From NCBI GenBank assembly GCA_046048135.1, contig JBJOGR010000050.1, positions 4,180 to 68,179 on the forward strand: DNA of 64,000 nt. The letters are read 5' to 3'. Below the pieces are notes generated by a model. It did not search any database and was not told the origin of the DNA. It saw nothing but the letters and a program-made list of their open reading frames with translations. The position numbers were made by a program, and so were the translations under genes. Below, piece by piece: positions 17,728-29,225 of the stretch. This stretch comes from Actinomycetota bacterium. Lineage in GTDB: Bacteria > Actinomycetota > Actinomycetes > S36-B12 > UBA5976. Every line of letters begins with the position of its first letter. Position 1 is the first letter of the stretch.

Positions 17728-19239
17728 TTGAATAAGCCTTTAATTGAAGCAAAAAATTTAGTTAAGAAATTTCCAGGAGTTCTAGCAAACGATAACGTTT
17801 CATTAACTTTAAATAAAGGTGAAATTGTTGCGCTCCTTGGTGAAAATGGAGCAGGAAAATCAACTTTAGTGAAAATGATTTATGGACTTTATGGTGCTGA
17901 TGAAGGTGAATTATTTATAAAAGGTGAAAAAGTAAATATGAAATCTCCTGCCGATGCAATTGCAAGAGGCATTGGTATGGTGCATCAACATTTTCAATTA
18001 GTTCCAGTTATGAGTGTTGCAGAAAACATTGCCTTAGGTGCGGAAAAGACTAGGGGAATAAATTTTGATTTGGATGCAGCAGAAAAAGAAGTCGCTCAAT
18101 TATCTAAAGATTATGGCTTAGAGGTTGATCCAACTGCACGAATAGAAGACTTACCAGTTGGAATGCAGCAGAGAGTTGAAATTTTAAAAATGCTTTATCG
18201 AAAAGCAGATATTTTAATAATGGATGAGCCAACTGCTGTTTTAACACCACAAGAAACAGATGAATTACTCAAAACTATGAAAAGTTTTGCAGAAAAAGGT
18301 GTTGGCATAATTTTTATCACTCATAAACTGCGTGAAGTTCTCGCAGTTGCAGATCGTGTGGTGGTTCTAAGAAACGGCAAAGTGGTAGGAACTACTGAGC
18401 CAAAAAACACGGATCAAGAAGGACTTGCAACCATGATGGTTGGAAGAAGTGTTGTATTAGATGTTCAAAAACAAGCTGCTAAACCAAAAGATGTAATTTT
18501 GAAAGTAAGTAATTTAAATGTCACTGATGATAGAAAATTACTTGCTGTCAAAGATTTATCATTAGAAGTTAAAGCCGGAGAGATTCTTGGCATAGCAGGT
18601 GTTGAAGGAAATGGACAAAGAGAGTTAGTACAAGCAATAACTGGTTTAAGAAAAATTGACTCTGGAACTGTAGAAATTACTAATGTAGATGCAACAAAAT
18701 TAAGTCCGCACAAAATTCATGAATTAGGTGTAGCGCATGTTCCAGAAGACAGGGAAAAAGATGGATTGGTAGCAGGCTATTCAATTGCAGATAATTCTGT
18801 TTTAAATAGATTTGATGAAAAAGAATTTTCAAAAGCTGGTGTTAGACAATTTGGAGCAATAAGAGCTTTGGCAAAAAAATTAGTAGAAAAATTTGATGTC
18901 AGAACGCCATCAATTGATACCACAGCTGGTTCTTTATCTGGAGGCAATAAGCAAAAATTAGTTATTGCAAGAGAATTGATTTGGAATCCAAAGCTTCTTA
19001 TTGCAGCCCAACCTACCCGTGGTGTAGATGTAGGTTCCATTGAATTTATTCACAATCAAATTGTGGCGGCACGAGATGCGGGTTCTGCTGTTTTATTAGT
19101 TTCTGCAGAGCTAGATGAAGTTTTGGGTTTAGCAGATCGAGTAGCAGTTATGTATGCAGGAAAAATTGTAAAAATCTTAGATGAAAAAGATGCCGAAAGA
19201 AATAAAGTAGGAAGATTAATGGCTGGCGGAGACGCCTAA
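17728..19239 (+). CDS. ABC transporter ATP-binding protein with duplicated ATPase domains
   Basis: Has Walker A GENGAGKST, Walker B ILIMDEPT and a second-half signature LSGGNKQK. The 503-aa tandem-domain layout is typical of CUT2/BMP-type importers. Confidence 0.9.
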   Translation: MNKPLIEAKNLVKKFPGVLANDNVSLTLNKGEIVALLGENGAGKSTLVKMIYGLYGADEGELFIKGEKVNMKSPADAIARGIGMVHQHFQLVPVMSVAENIALGAEKTRGINFDLDAAEKEVAQLSKDYGLEVDPTARIEDLPVGMQQRVEILKMLYRKADILIMDEPTAVLTPQETDELLKTMKSFAEKGVGIIFITHKLREVLAVADRVVVLRNGKVVGTTEPKNTDQEGLATMMVGRSVVLDVQKQAAKPKDVILKVSNLNVTDDRKLLAVKDLSLEVKAGEILGIAGVEGNGQRELVQAITGLRKIDSGTVEITNVDATKLSPHKIHELGVAHVPEDREKDGLVAGYSIADNSVLNRFDEKEFSKAGVRQFGAIRALAKKLVEKFDVRTPSIDTTAGSLSGGNKQKLVIARELIWNPKLLIAAQPTRGVDVGSIEFIHNQIVAARDAGSAVLLVSAELDEVLGLADRVAVMYAGKIVKILDEKDAERNKVGRLMAGGDA

Positions 19240-19242
19240 AAA

Positions 19243-20349
19243 ATGGATGAAAAGTTAACTTTTGAAGTTATAAAGTCTGTCCCAAAAGTTCTTCTTCACG
19301 ACCATTTAGATGGGGGAGTTAGACCTAGCACTGTCGCTGAATTAGCAGTGAAAAATGGATACAAAGATTTACCTACAACTGATCCAGTTGAATTAGCAAA
19401 ATGGTTTAGACAAGCATGTGATTCTGGTTCACTAGAAAAGTATTTAGAAACTTTTGTTCACACCGTTGGTGTAATGCAAACAACAGAAAGTATAAAAAGA
19501 GTTGCTTTTGAGGCAGGGGAAGATTTAGCAAACGACGGTGTGGTTTATGCAGAAATAAGATTTGCCCCAGAACTTCATCAAAATAACGGGTTAACACTCG
19601 ACCAAGTAGTCGAAGCGGTTATATCTGGTTTTGATGAGGCGGAATCAAAAATGAAAAGCCAAGGAAAACCAATTGTTTTAAGAGCATTACTGACTGCTAT
19701 GAGAACAGCTGCTAGATCAAGTGAAATTGCAGAATTAGCAGTCAAGTGGCGAGAAAAAGGTGTGGTTGGTTTTGATATCGCTGGCAAAGAAGCAGGTTAT
19801 CCTCCAACAAGACATTTAGATGCTTTTGATGCAGTAAGACGTGCAAATTTTCATATGACAATTCATGCTGGTGAAGCTTTTGGATTACCTTCAATTTGGG
19901 AAGCGGTACAAATTTGTGGCACAGATCGATTAGGTCATGGAGTAAGAATTGTTGATGATTTAAGTTTTAAATCAAATGGTGAAATAAAACTGGGAGAATT
20001 ATCGGCTTATGTGAGGGACAAAAGAGTTCCTTTGGAACTTTGTCCTTCATCAAATATTCAAACCGGTGCGGCAAAAAGTATTAAAGAACATCCAATTGGA
20101 GTTTTAACTAAATTAGGTTTTCGCGCAACTGTTAATACTGATAATCGATTAATGTCTGATACTTCAATGACAAAAGAAATGTATTTATTAGTAACTGAAT
20201 TAGATTTCACTCTAAAACAGTTACAGTGGCTAACTGTTAATGCCATGAAGAGTGCTTTTATTCCCTTTGATCAAAGATTGAAGTTAATAAATGAAACGAT
20301 TAAACCAAAATATGCACAGATTGCTAAAGAATTAAATATTACTTTTTAA
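19243..20349 (+). CDS. add: Adenosine deaminase
   Basis: Contains [16 protein letters not shown] and [10 protein letters not shown]. Confidence 0.9.
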   Translation: MDEKLTFEVIKSVPKVLLHDHLDGGVRPSTVAELAVKNGYKDLPTTDPVELAKWFRQACDSGSLEKYLETFVHTVGVMQTTESIKRVAFEAGEDLANDGVVYAEIRFAPELHQNNGLTLDQVVEAVISGFDEAESKMKSQGKPIVLRALLTAMRTAARSSEIAELAVKWREKGVVGFDIAGKEAGYPPTRHLDAFDAVRRANFHMTIHAGEAFGLPSIWEAVQICGTDRLGHGVRIVDDLSFKSNGEIKLGELSAYVRDKRVPLELCPSSNIQTGAAKSIKEHPIGVLTKLGFRATVNTDNRLMSDTSMTKEMYLLVTELDFTLKQLQWLTVNAMKSAFIPFDQRLKLINETIKPKYAQIAKELNITF

Positions 20350-21191
20350 AAACCTCTTGGATGCCAAACAGTCTTAGTTTCTAAAAATGATTTGATTCTT
20401 GATAATTCATCAATCTTTGAATTAGGTCTAATAACTCTTTTTAAGTTACTTGCACAATCTTTTTCTAAACTCAAAGCTAATTTTTTATCAGTTACTCCAC
20501 TTAAATCAAAAGCATTTACATCCATATGTGTAGCAAGCCAAGGTGCTATTTCCTCATAATCACCCGTCAGAATATTTACTACTCCTGCTGGCACATCACT
20601 TGTGGCTATAACTTCAGCAAGTGATACAGCAGTTAAGGGTTGTGTTTTAGATGCTATTGCAATGCAAGTATTTCCGCTAAGAATTATTGAACCAATTGTT
20701 TTTACTAAATTCAAAAGAGGTTGTTCTTTATTTGAAACAGCGGCTACTACTCCGGTTGGTTCAGGAACAGAGAAATCAAAGAAAGGACCTGCAACAGGAT
20801 TGTTGGAACCTGTGACCATAGCAAGTTTGTCAGTCCAGCCAGCAAACCAAACCATTTTGTCAATTGAATCTTGTACTTCTTTTTTTACTTGAGTTTTATT
20901 TTTATTCCACAAAGAAAGTTCATCAACAAATTGATCAAATCTTCCTTGCATCATTTCCGAAATTCGATAAAGAACTTGTCCTCGGTTGTATGCAGTTGCT
21001 TCTGACCATTTACTAAAAGCGTTACGTGCTGCAACAACAGCATCTCTTGCATCTTTTCTAGAAGCAAGCGCAACATTTGCTACAAAGTTCTTATTTTTAT
21101 CAAATACTTCATAAGTTCTTCCAGATTCAGATCTTGGAAATGCCCCACCTATAAATAATTTGGCAGTTCTTTTAATGTCTAAATTTGTCAT
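20346..21191 (-). CDS. ALDH-superfamily paralogue consisting of a degenerate cofactor-binding domain only
   Basis: 281 aa. It aligns by eye with residues ~20-265 of the adjacent 478-aa ALDH ([24 protein letters not shown]). The PWNFP, ELGGK and catalytic Cys regions are absent or replaced. The start overlaps the upstream stop (TAATG). Confidence 0.6.
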   Translation of the reverse strand: MTNLDIKRTAKLFIGGAFPRSESGRTYEVFDKNKNFVANVALASRKDARDAVVAARNAFSKWSEATAYNRGQVLYRISEMMQGRFDQFVDELSLWNKNKTQVKKEVQDSIDKMVWFAGWTDKLAMVTGSNNPVAGPFFDFSVPEPTGVVAAVSNKEQPLLNLVKTIGSIILSGNTCIAIASKTQPLTAVSLAEVIATSDVPAGVVNILTGDYEEIAPWLATHMDVNAFDLSGVTDKKLALSLEKDCASNLKRVIRPNSKIDELSRIKSFLETKTVWHPRGF

Positions 21192-22627
21192 TATTTACCT
21201 GCCTTTAGATATGGCTCTAAACCGTGACGGCCACCTTCTCGACCGTAACCAGATTCTTTGTATCCACCGAAAGGACTTGTTGGATCAAATTTGTTAAATG
21301 TATTGGCCCAAACCACTCCGGCTCTTAATCTGTGAGCTACTTCTAAAATTCTTGAACCTTTTTCAGTCCATATTCCTGCACTCAATCCAAATGGAGTGTT
21401 ATTTGCTTTCTCAATTGCCTCATCAGGTGTTCTAAATGTTAAAACACTTAATACTGGTCCAAAAATTTCTTCACGAGCAATTCGATGTGACAAAGAAACA
21501 TTGGTAAAAACTGTTGGAGCAAACCAAAATCCCTTATTGGGAATTTCACAAGGGGCTGACCACATTTGCGCACCTTCTTTTGTGCCAGATTCTGTTAATT
21601 CTTTAATTTTTTGTAATTGGCTAGATGAATTAATTGCACCTACATCAGTATTTTTGTCTAGCGGATCACCAAGTCTTAACGTTTTCATTCTTTGATAAAG
21701 AAGATCTAAGAAATTATCCGCAATAGATTCTTGTAACAATAATCTTGATCCCGCACAACAAACGTGGCCTTGATTGAAAAATATTCCATTAACTACTCCT
21801 TCAACGGCTTGGTCCATCGCAGCATCATCAAAAACTATGTTGGCTGCTTTTCCACCTAATTCCAGAGTGACTTTTTTATTAGTTCCTGCCACACTTTGAG
21901 CAATAAGTCTTCCAACTTCAGTTGAGCCAGTAAAAGCAATTTTGTCTATATCTGGATGTTCTACTAAGTATTTACCAGTTTCGCCAGCGCCTGTGACAAT
22001 GTTTACCACTCCATCAGGCAATTGTGCTTGTTGACAAATTTCTGCAAATAAAAGTGCTGTTAATGGAGTTGTCTCTGCAGGTTTTAAAACTACAGTATTT
22101 CCAGCTGCAAGTGCGGGAGCAATTTTCCATGAAAGCATTAATAACGGAAAATTCCAAGGAATAATTTGTCCTGCAACTCCAAGTGGGGAAGGATTTTTTC
22201 CTAAACCGGCATAATCTAACTTGTCAGCCCAACCTGCGTAATGAAAAAAATGTGCTGCAACTAACGGAATATCAATATCCCTGCTTTCCCTGATTGGTTT
22301 TCCGTTATTCATGGATTCTAAAACAGCTAATTCTCTGGAACGTTCTTGAATAATTCTTGCTAAACGGAAAAGATATTTTCCTCTTTGACTTCCATTTAAT
22401 TTCGACCAAGTTTTAAATGCTTTTCGGGCAGACTTAACTGCTGAATCAACATCTTTTTGACTTGCTTCAACAATTTCTGCTAGAACTTCTTCTGTTGCTG
22501 GATTTATCGTTTTATAAGTTTTGCCACCTATTGAATTAACAAATTTTCCACCTATAAATAATTCATAGTTATTTTTTAAGTTAACTATTTTTGTTGATTC
22601 AGGAGCAGGTGCATATTCAAAAACCAT
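21191..22627 (-). CDS. NAD(P)-dependent aldehyde dehydrogenase
   Basis: Contains IPWNFP, KPAE, FTGST, TLELGGK, FFNQGHVCCAGSR (catalytic Cys) and EEIFGPV. Confidence 0.9.
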   Translation of the reverse strand: MVFEYAPAPESTKIVNLKNNYELFIGGKFVNSIGGKTYKTINPATEEVLAEIVEASQKDVDSAVKSARKAFKTWSKLNGSQRGKYLFRLARIIQERSRELAVLESMNNGKPIRESRDIDIPLVAAHFFHYAGWADKLDYAGLGKNPSPLGVAGQIIPWNFPLLMLSWKIAPALAAGNTVVLKPAETTPLTALLFAEICQQAQLPDGVVNIVTGAGETGKYLVEHPDIDKIAFTGSTEVGRLIAQSVAGTNKKVTLELGGKAANIVFDDAAMDQAVEGVVNGIFFNQGHVCCAGSRLLLQESIADNFLDLLYQRMKTLRLGDPLDKNTDVGAINSSSQLQKIKELTESGTKEGAQMWSAPCEIPNKGFWFAPTVFTNVSLSHRIAREEIFGPVLSVLTFRTPDEAIEKANNTPFGLSAGIWTEKGSRILEVAHRLRAGVVWANTFNKFDPTSPFGGYKESGYGREGGRHGLEPYLKAGK

Positions 22628-22629
22628 AT

Positions 22630-23592
22630 TTAATCCACCGTCACATAGTCTGGTCCAGAATATGAACCGGTTTTAAGTTTATGTCTTTGCATTAAAAGAT
22701 CATTTAATAAACTTGATGCCCCAAATCTAAATAGATCTGGAGATAGCCATCTATCACCCAAAGTCTCTTTAACTAAAACTAAATATTTCATGGCATCTTT
22801 AGTAGTTTTTATGCCTCCAGCAGGTTTCATCCCAATAATTTTTCCTGTTGCTCTTTCGAATTCATTTATTGCTTGAAGCATTACAAGTGTTACAGGCAAT
22901 GTTGCGGCTGGTTGGACTTTTCCCGTTGAAGTTTTTATAAAGTCTGCTCCTGCAAGCATGGCAATCCACGAGGCTCTTTTGACGTTATCGTAAGTTTTCA
23001 ATTCTCCAGTTTCAAGAATTACTTTTAAATGTGCATTTTTGCATGCTTCTTTAATGGTGAGGATTTGTTCAAAAATATCAAAAAATCTTCCTTCATGAAA
23101 TGCACCACGATCGATGACCATATCTATTTCATCAGCACCTTGAGAAACTGCATCTTTTGTATCTTGCAATTTTGCAGCTAGTGAAACTCTTCCTGAAGGA
23201 AATCCCGTTGCAACAGCGGCAACTTTTATATTTGTTCCAGTTAAATTTTCTTTTGCAATTGAAACAAGATCACTATAAACGCAAACTGCCGCAACACTTG
23301 GAACAGAATTATCTAAAGGATCTGGTCTTCTTGCTTTTGCACAAAGAGTTTTAACTTTACCTTTTGTGTCCATTCCTTCAAGGGTTGTTAGATCAATCAT
23401 TCTTATAGAAAGATCAATCCCTTCCTTTTTTGCAGAAGTTTTTATTGATCTTGTGGCTAATTTGGCAGATCGTTCTTCAACTCCGACTTTATCTACTCCT
23501 GAGAGTCCGCTCAGAAATTTTTTTAAAGATTCTTCATTTTTTGTCGCATCGCTAAGAAGGCTAGGCAATTGAGTTAGGTAATTAGCGCTCAC
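22630..23592 (-). CDS. deoC: Deoxyribose-phosphate aldolase (long actinobacterial form)
   Basis: Has the Schiff-base lysine motif FIKTSTGK and the GADEIDMVI motif. 320 aa. Confidence 0.85.
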   Translation of the reverse strand: MSANYLTQLPSLLSDATKNEESLKKFLSGLSGVDKVGVEERSAKLATRSIKTSAKKEGIDLSIRMIDLTTLEGMDTKGKVKTLCAKARRPDPLDNSVPSVAAVCVYSDLVSIAKENLTGTNIKVAAVATGFPSGRVSLAAKLQDTKDAVSQGADEIDMVIDRGAFHEGRFFDIFEQILTIKEACKNAHLKVILETGELKTYDNVKRASWIAMLAGADFIKTSTGKVQPAATLPVTLVMLQAINEFERATGKIIGMKPAGGIKTTKDAMKYLVLVKETLGDRWLSPDLFRFGASSLLNDLLMQRHKLKTGSYSGPDYVTVD

Positions 23593-23621
23593 GGCTCTAG
23601 CGTATCTAATAGGTTAAATAA

Positions 23622-25253
23622 TCAGAATTTGCTGAGTAAATCTTGCATTTTTTCGGCTAATTTCTTAATTCTTTGGTTAGCTTTATCTAAATTAATAGCA
23701 ACGTCTCCTGCTGAAGTAATAACTTCTAAATAACACTTTAATTTGGGTTCTGTACCACTTGGTCGAATGATAATTCGCCCATTATTAAATGTTAAGCGAA
23801 CTCCAGTAGAAGCTGGAAGATGATCTATTCCTTTGTTCATATCTTCTACTTTTTCAATTATGAATTCTCCCATTTCTTTGGGCGCATTAGTTACTAATTC
23901 ATTAGTGATTCTTTTAGCTTTTTCAACAGAATCAAATCTAAAACTAACTTGTTTCGTTATATGCACACCATAGTCTTCATAGATTTTATTTAAAATATCT
24001 AAAGCCTCTAGATTTTGGCTTTTTAGATATGAAAATAATTCAACAAGTAATAATGCTGTAGACACCCCATCTTTATCTCTAACAAATTCTGGATCTACAC
24101 AATAACCAATTGCTTCTTCATAGCCAAAAATTAAATTGTCAATATGACCCATCCACTTAACACCTGTAAGAGTTGTTGTGCCTTTTAGCAAATTATTTTT
24201 TGCCATTTTTGGTACCAAAGAACTTGACACTATCGATGCGGCAATTTTTCCGTTTAATTTCTTATTTTCTAATTCAGCTTTTTTTAAAATCCACCAAGTA
24301 ATTAGATATCCAATTTCATCTCCAGTTAAAACTTTCCATTCGCCCTTTTCTTTAACGGCTAAGGCGCATCTATCAGCATCAGGATCATTTGCAATTGCAA
24401 TATCAGTATTTTTAGATTTAGCTAAGGAAAGCAATAAATCCATTGCTCCTTTTTCTTCAGGATTTGGAAATGAAACTGTAGGAAAATCTGGATCGGGCTT
24501 AGTTTGTTCTATTACATCAAATGATTTAGAGAAACCAACTTTCTTCATACATTTATCAAATGTTTCTTGTCCAACTCCATGCATGGGAGTGTATGCAACT
24601 TTTAAATCTCCAAATTTATTAAAGATAAATTTGGATATTCTTTCAACATAATCATCAACTAAATCAACTTGTTTGAAATCATTTGATTTTTTAATTTCAT
24701 CAGCATGAGGAGCTAGTTTTATTAGTGCGGCAATTTCTTTATCCATTGGAGGAATAATTCCTGCGCCAAATTCATCATAAACTTTGTAACCATTATCTAA
24801 AGGTGGATTATGTGACGCGGTGATCATGACTCCTGCATCGGCTTTTAGGTGTCTTACTCCAAAAGCTAAAACTGGAGTAGGAAGTTTTGAAGGTAATTTA
24901 TATACTTCAAGACCAAGTGCTGCAGCAACTTCACAAACATCAAGTGCAAATTCTTCAGACATATGTCTAGCATCATTTCCAACAATTAGCTTTGGTTTCT
25001 TATTTGGATACTTTTTAATTAAGTATTGGCAAAGTCCGTAAGTAGCCCGTATAACTACAGCTCTATTCATTCTGGATTGGCCAGGGCCGATTTCTGCTCT
25101 TAAACCAGCAGTACCAAATTCTAAATCACCTGAAAATATTTGGTTTAATTTGACTAAATTATTTTCTTTAATTAGATTCAAAATTTGATTTTTAGTATTT
25201 AAATCTGGATCGTGTTCTGCCCAAATCTTAGCTAATTGGATTACGTCTGACAT
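23622..25253 (-). CDS. Alpha-D-phosphohexomutase-family enzyme, probable phosphopentomutase/phosphomannomutase (PGM2/PmmB type)
   Basis: Has the phosphoserine loop TASHNPPLDNGYK, the metal loop NDPDADR and the phosphate-binding RPSGTEPKLK. It sits between deoC and punA. Confidence 0.85.
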   Translation of the reverse strand: MSDVIQLAKIWAEHDPDLNTKNQILNLIKENNLVKLNQIFSGDLEFGTAGLRAEIGPGQSRMNRAVVIRATYGLCQYLIKKYPNKKPKLIVGNDARHMSEEFALDVCEVAAALGLEVYKLPSKLPTPVLAFGVRHLKADAGVMITASHNPPLDNGYKVYDEFGAGIIPPMDKEIAALIKLAPHADEIKKSNDFKQVDLVDDYVERISKFIFNKFGDLKVAYTPMHGVGQETFDKCMKKVGFSKSFDVIEQTKPDPDFPTVSFPNPEEKGAMDLLLSLAKSKNTDIAIANDPDADRCALAVKEKGEWKVLTGDEIGYLITWWILKKAELENKKLNGKIAASIVSSSLVPKMAKNNLLKGTTTLTGVKWMGHIDNLIFGYEEAIGYCVDPEFVRDKDGVSTALLLVELFSYLKSQNLEALDILNKIYEDYGVHITKQVSFRFDSVEKAKRITNELVTNAPKEMGEFIIEKVEDMNKGIDHLPASTGVRLTFNNGRIIIRPSGTEPKLKCYLEVITSAGDVAINLDKANQRIKKLAEKMQDLLSKF

Positions 25254-26051
25254 CTATATTTTTTCAATTACTTTCTTTAATAAATTACCCATTTTTGTAG
25301 CAGACGCTAAACCTGCTGCTAAAACTTCTTCGTGATTTAATCTTTCTTTTGTTAAACCAGCTCCAGGATTTGTTACTAGAGAAATTCCTAAAACTTCAGC
25401 TTGGGCTTCTCTAGCGGCTATTGCTTCAAGTGCGGTTGACATACCAACCATGTCACCACCAATTTTTATTGCCATTTGCACTTCAGCAGGAGTTTCATAT
25501 TGTGGTCCGTGAAACTGTACATAAACTCCTTCGTTTAAAGAAGGATCTATTTCTTTGGCAATGTTTCTTAGTCTTTGAGAATACACTTCACTAACATCTA
25601 AAAATCTTGCTCCAAGAAGTGGAGTTGCTCCAGTTAAATTAATGTGATCTTTAATTAAAACGGGTGTTCCTGGTTTCCATTCCAAGCGAAGCCCACCGCA
25701 AGCGTTTGTCAAAATTACAGTTTTTACTCCATGATTTATTGCAGTTCTTACTGCATGTACAACTGCTGGTACACCTTTTCCTTCATAGTAATGAGTTCTG
25801 CCCATTTGAATTAACACATTTTTATTTTCAATTTTTACACTTCTTAATTTTCCGCTATGGCCTTCAACTGATGGGGGAGAAAAACCAGGAAGTTGCGAAA
25901 CAGAAATTTCAAATTGTGCTTGACCTAAAGCATCTGCTGCTGGAGTCCAACCAGAGCCTAAAACAACTAGGACATCATGATTTGTAACGTTTGTTACTTT
26001 TGTTAACTCTTGTGCAGATTGTTTGGCTAATTCATAAGGGTCTTGGCTCAC
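25254..26051 (-). CDS. punA: Purine nucleoside phosphorylase (trimeric PNP type)
   Basis: Contains VLGSGW, GRTHYYEG, GPQYETPAE and the VGMST motif. There is no gap to the downstream mutase gene. Confidence 0.9.
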   Translation of the reverse strand: MSQDPYELAKQSAQELTKVTNVTNHDVLVVLGSGWTPAADALGQAQFEISVSQLPGFSPPSVEGHSGKLRSVKIENKNVLIQMGRTHYYEGKGVPAVVHAVRTAINHGVKTVILTNACGGLRLEWKPGTPVLIKDHINLTGATPLLGARFLDVSEVYSQRLRNIAKEIDPSLNEGVYVQFHGPQYETPAEVQMAIKIGGDMVGMSTALEAIAAREAQAEVLGISLVTNPGAGLTKERLNHEEVLAAGLASATKMGNLLKKVIEKI

Positions 26052-26115
26052 ATAGTCACGCTACTACTTATATGTGTGATTTCAGTAAGAAGTATTACAA
26101 ATTGCACTCGATTAA

Positions 26116-27600
<1,485 letters not shown>

Positions 27601-27617
27601 AAGTATTTAAAAATAAA

Positions 27618-27652
27618 TTAAGGGCCAGAATTTCTTCTGGCCCTTAATTTTT
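27618..27652. terminator. Bidirectional intrinsic terminator between convergent guaB1 and the purine permease gene
   Basis: Perfect 13-bp stem TTAAGGGCCAGAA-tttc-TTCTGGCCCTTAA. It is flanked by AAATAAA on the left and TTTTT on the right. Confidence 0.8.
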
Positions 27653-27673
27653 ACCCTAGGTAAATAACGACTT

Positions 27674-29113
27674 TTAGGAAAGCCAATTGTTTAGTGGGTA
27701 TGAGGCGAAATAAATTACGAAGGCAATTGCAGATGCCCATAGCAATGGGTGAATCTGTTTTGATTTGCCAGTCGCAAGTTTTAACACCACATGTGTCACA
27801 AATCCTGCACCAATACCTACGGCAATTGAGTAAGTAAATGGCATCAAGATAATTGTCAAAAATGCTGGAAGAGCAATCGTGATATCGCTCCAATCAATAT
27901 CTTTGATTTGTGTCATCATCAAGAATCCAACAATTAACAATGCTGGAGTTGCAGCTTCGTAAGGAACCAAAGCAACAAGTGGTGATAGGAAAGTTGTTAA
28001 CAAAAATGCAATACCGGTTACAACACTTGCTAAACCAGTTCTAGCACCCTCTCCTACTCCTGATGCAGATTCAATGTAAGAAGTATTTGAAGAAATACCA
28101 CTTGCACCACCTGCCATTGCTGCAATTGAATCCACTAACAAGATTCGATCTGCACCTTCAACGTTGCCACTTCTATCTGTTAAACCTGCTTCTGCACCAA
28201 TAGCAGTCATTGTGCCCATGGTGTCAAAGAAGTCAGTGATTAAAAGAGTGAAGACTAACAACAATGCAGTTACTAATCCTGCGGTTGCAAATCCACCAAA
28301 TAAATCAAATCGTCCTAACAAACTAAAGTCAGGTGTGGCAATAATGGAACTTGGAATTGCCGGAACGTTTAAGTTCCATCCACTTGGATTTACTTTGTCT
28401 GGAGCAGTAAATAAAGGTCCAATTTTAAATAAGGATTCAAGAATTACTGCAAGAACTGTTGCAGCAATAACTCCAATTAAAATTGCACCTTTTGTTTTTG
28501 TGGAGTACAAGATTGCAATCAAGATCAGGCCAAAGATAAAGACCACAACTGGCCAACCAACGAGATTGCCTCCGGCACCTAATTCAACTGGCACTGGTCC
28601 AGCTTGAGTTCTGCGCACAAATCCTGCATCCACCAAGCCAATAAGCGCGATGAATAAACCAATACCAACAGAGATTGCAAGTTTTAACTGAGTTGGTACT
28701 GCTTTAAATACAGCAACACGAAAACCAGTAAGAACTAAAACGGTAATAATGATGCCTTCAAGCACCACTAATCCCATTACTTGTTCCCATGGCATGTAAT
28801 TTGCTGCAAGTCTTGCCACGAATGCATTGATGCCTAGCCCAGTTGCAAGAGCAAGTGGGAAATTAGCAACAGCACCCATCAATATGGTTAAAATTCCAGC
28901 TACTAAAGCAGTTGCAGCTGCAATTGCTGGAAGATTAGGTGCATCTCCGCCACCTAAGAATTTTCCATTCACATCTTGAGTAAAACCAAGAATGAGTGGA
29001 TTAAGAACCACAATGTAGGCCATAGTCAAGAAGGTCACAAGACCTCCACGAATTTCTTGCCCGACACTGGACTTTCTTTGCTTTATTTTGAAATAACCCG
29101 CTAATGTTGCCAC
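27674..29113 (-). CDS. NCS2/AzgA-family purine (adenine/guanine/hypoxanthine) permease
   Basis: 479 aa with about 13 TM helices. The N-terminal FKIKQRKSSVGQEIRGGLVTFLTMAYIVVLNP is typical of PbuG/AzgA-type permeases. It uses a GTG start behind the SD GGGGAGG. Confidence 0.85.
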   Translation of the reverse strand: MATLAGYFKIKQRKSSVGQEIRGGLVTFLTMAYIVVLNPLILGFTQDVNGKFLGGGDAPNLPAIAAATALVAGILTILMGAVANFPLALATGLGINAFVARLAANYMPWEQVMGLVVLEGIIITVLVLTGFRVAVFKAVPTQLKLAISVGIGLFIALIGLVDAGFVRRTQAGPVPVELGAGGNLVGWPVVVFIFGLILIAILYSTKTKGAILIGVIAATVLAVILESLFKIGPLFTAPDKVNPSGWNLNVPAIPSSIIATPDFSLLGRFDLFGGFATAGLVTALLLVFTLLITDFFDTMGTMTAIGAEAGLTDRSGNVEGADRILLVDSIAAMAGGASGISSNTSYIESASGVGEGARTGLASVVTGIAFLLTTFLSPLVALVPYEAATPALLIVGFLMMTQIKDIDWSDITIALPAFLTIILMPFTYSIAVGIGAGFVTHVVLKLATGKSKQIHPLLWASAIAFVIYFASYPLNNWLS

Positions 29114-29225
29114 TAGTGTTTTTTTCCTCCCCTTTATTACTTGCGCATCAAGTAATAAGGCAAAGGATTCCAGAACACTGGATACTTTGGACCTAGGACA
29201 CTCTTAGGTATTTGTTAAAAATTTG

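Noticed and set aside
24178-24651. 157-aa ORF on the + strand inside the phosphomutase gene. Similar long antisense ORFs occur at 13054-13428, 28164-28607, 31349-31789 and 51374-51835.
   Set aside because: Each lies entirely antisense to a gene with unmistakable catalytic motifs. Their translations are low-complexity (Ser/Pro/Ala/Phe-rich) with no motifs, no SD and no independent intergenic start. They are the typical shadow ORFs of the complementary frame.
29114-29225. A classical purine (guanine/adenine) riboswitch upstream of the NCS2 permease.
   Set aside because: I could not find the conserved three-way junction core (UAUAAU...GAUAUGG...GUUUCUACC...CCGUAAAU...GACUA). Only a generic hairpin next to the SD is present. 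It is reported as a low-interest leader instead.
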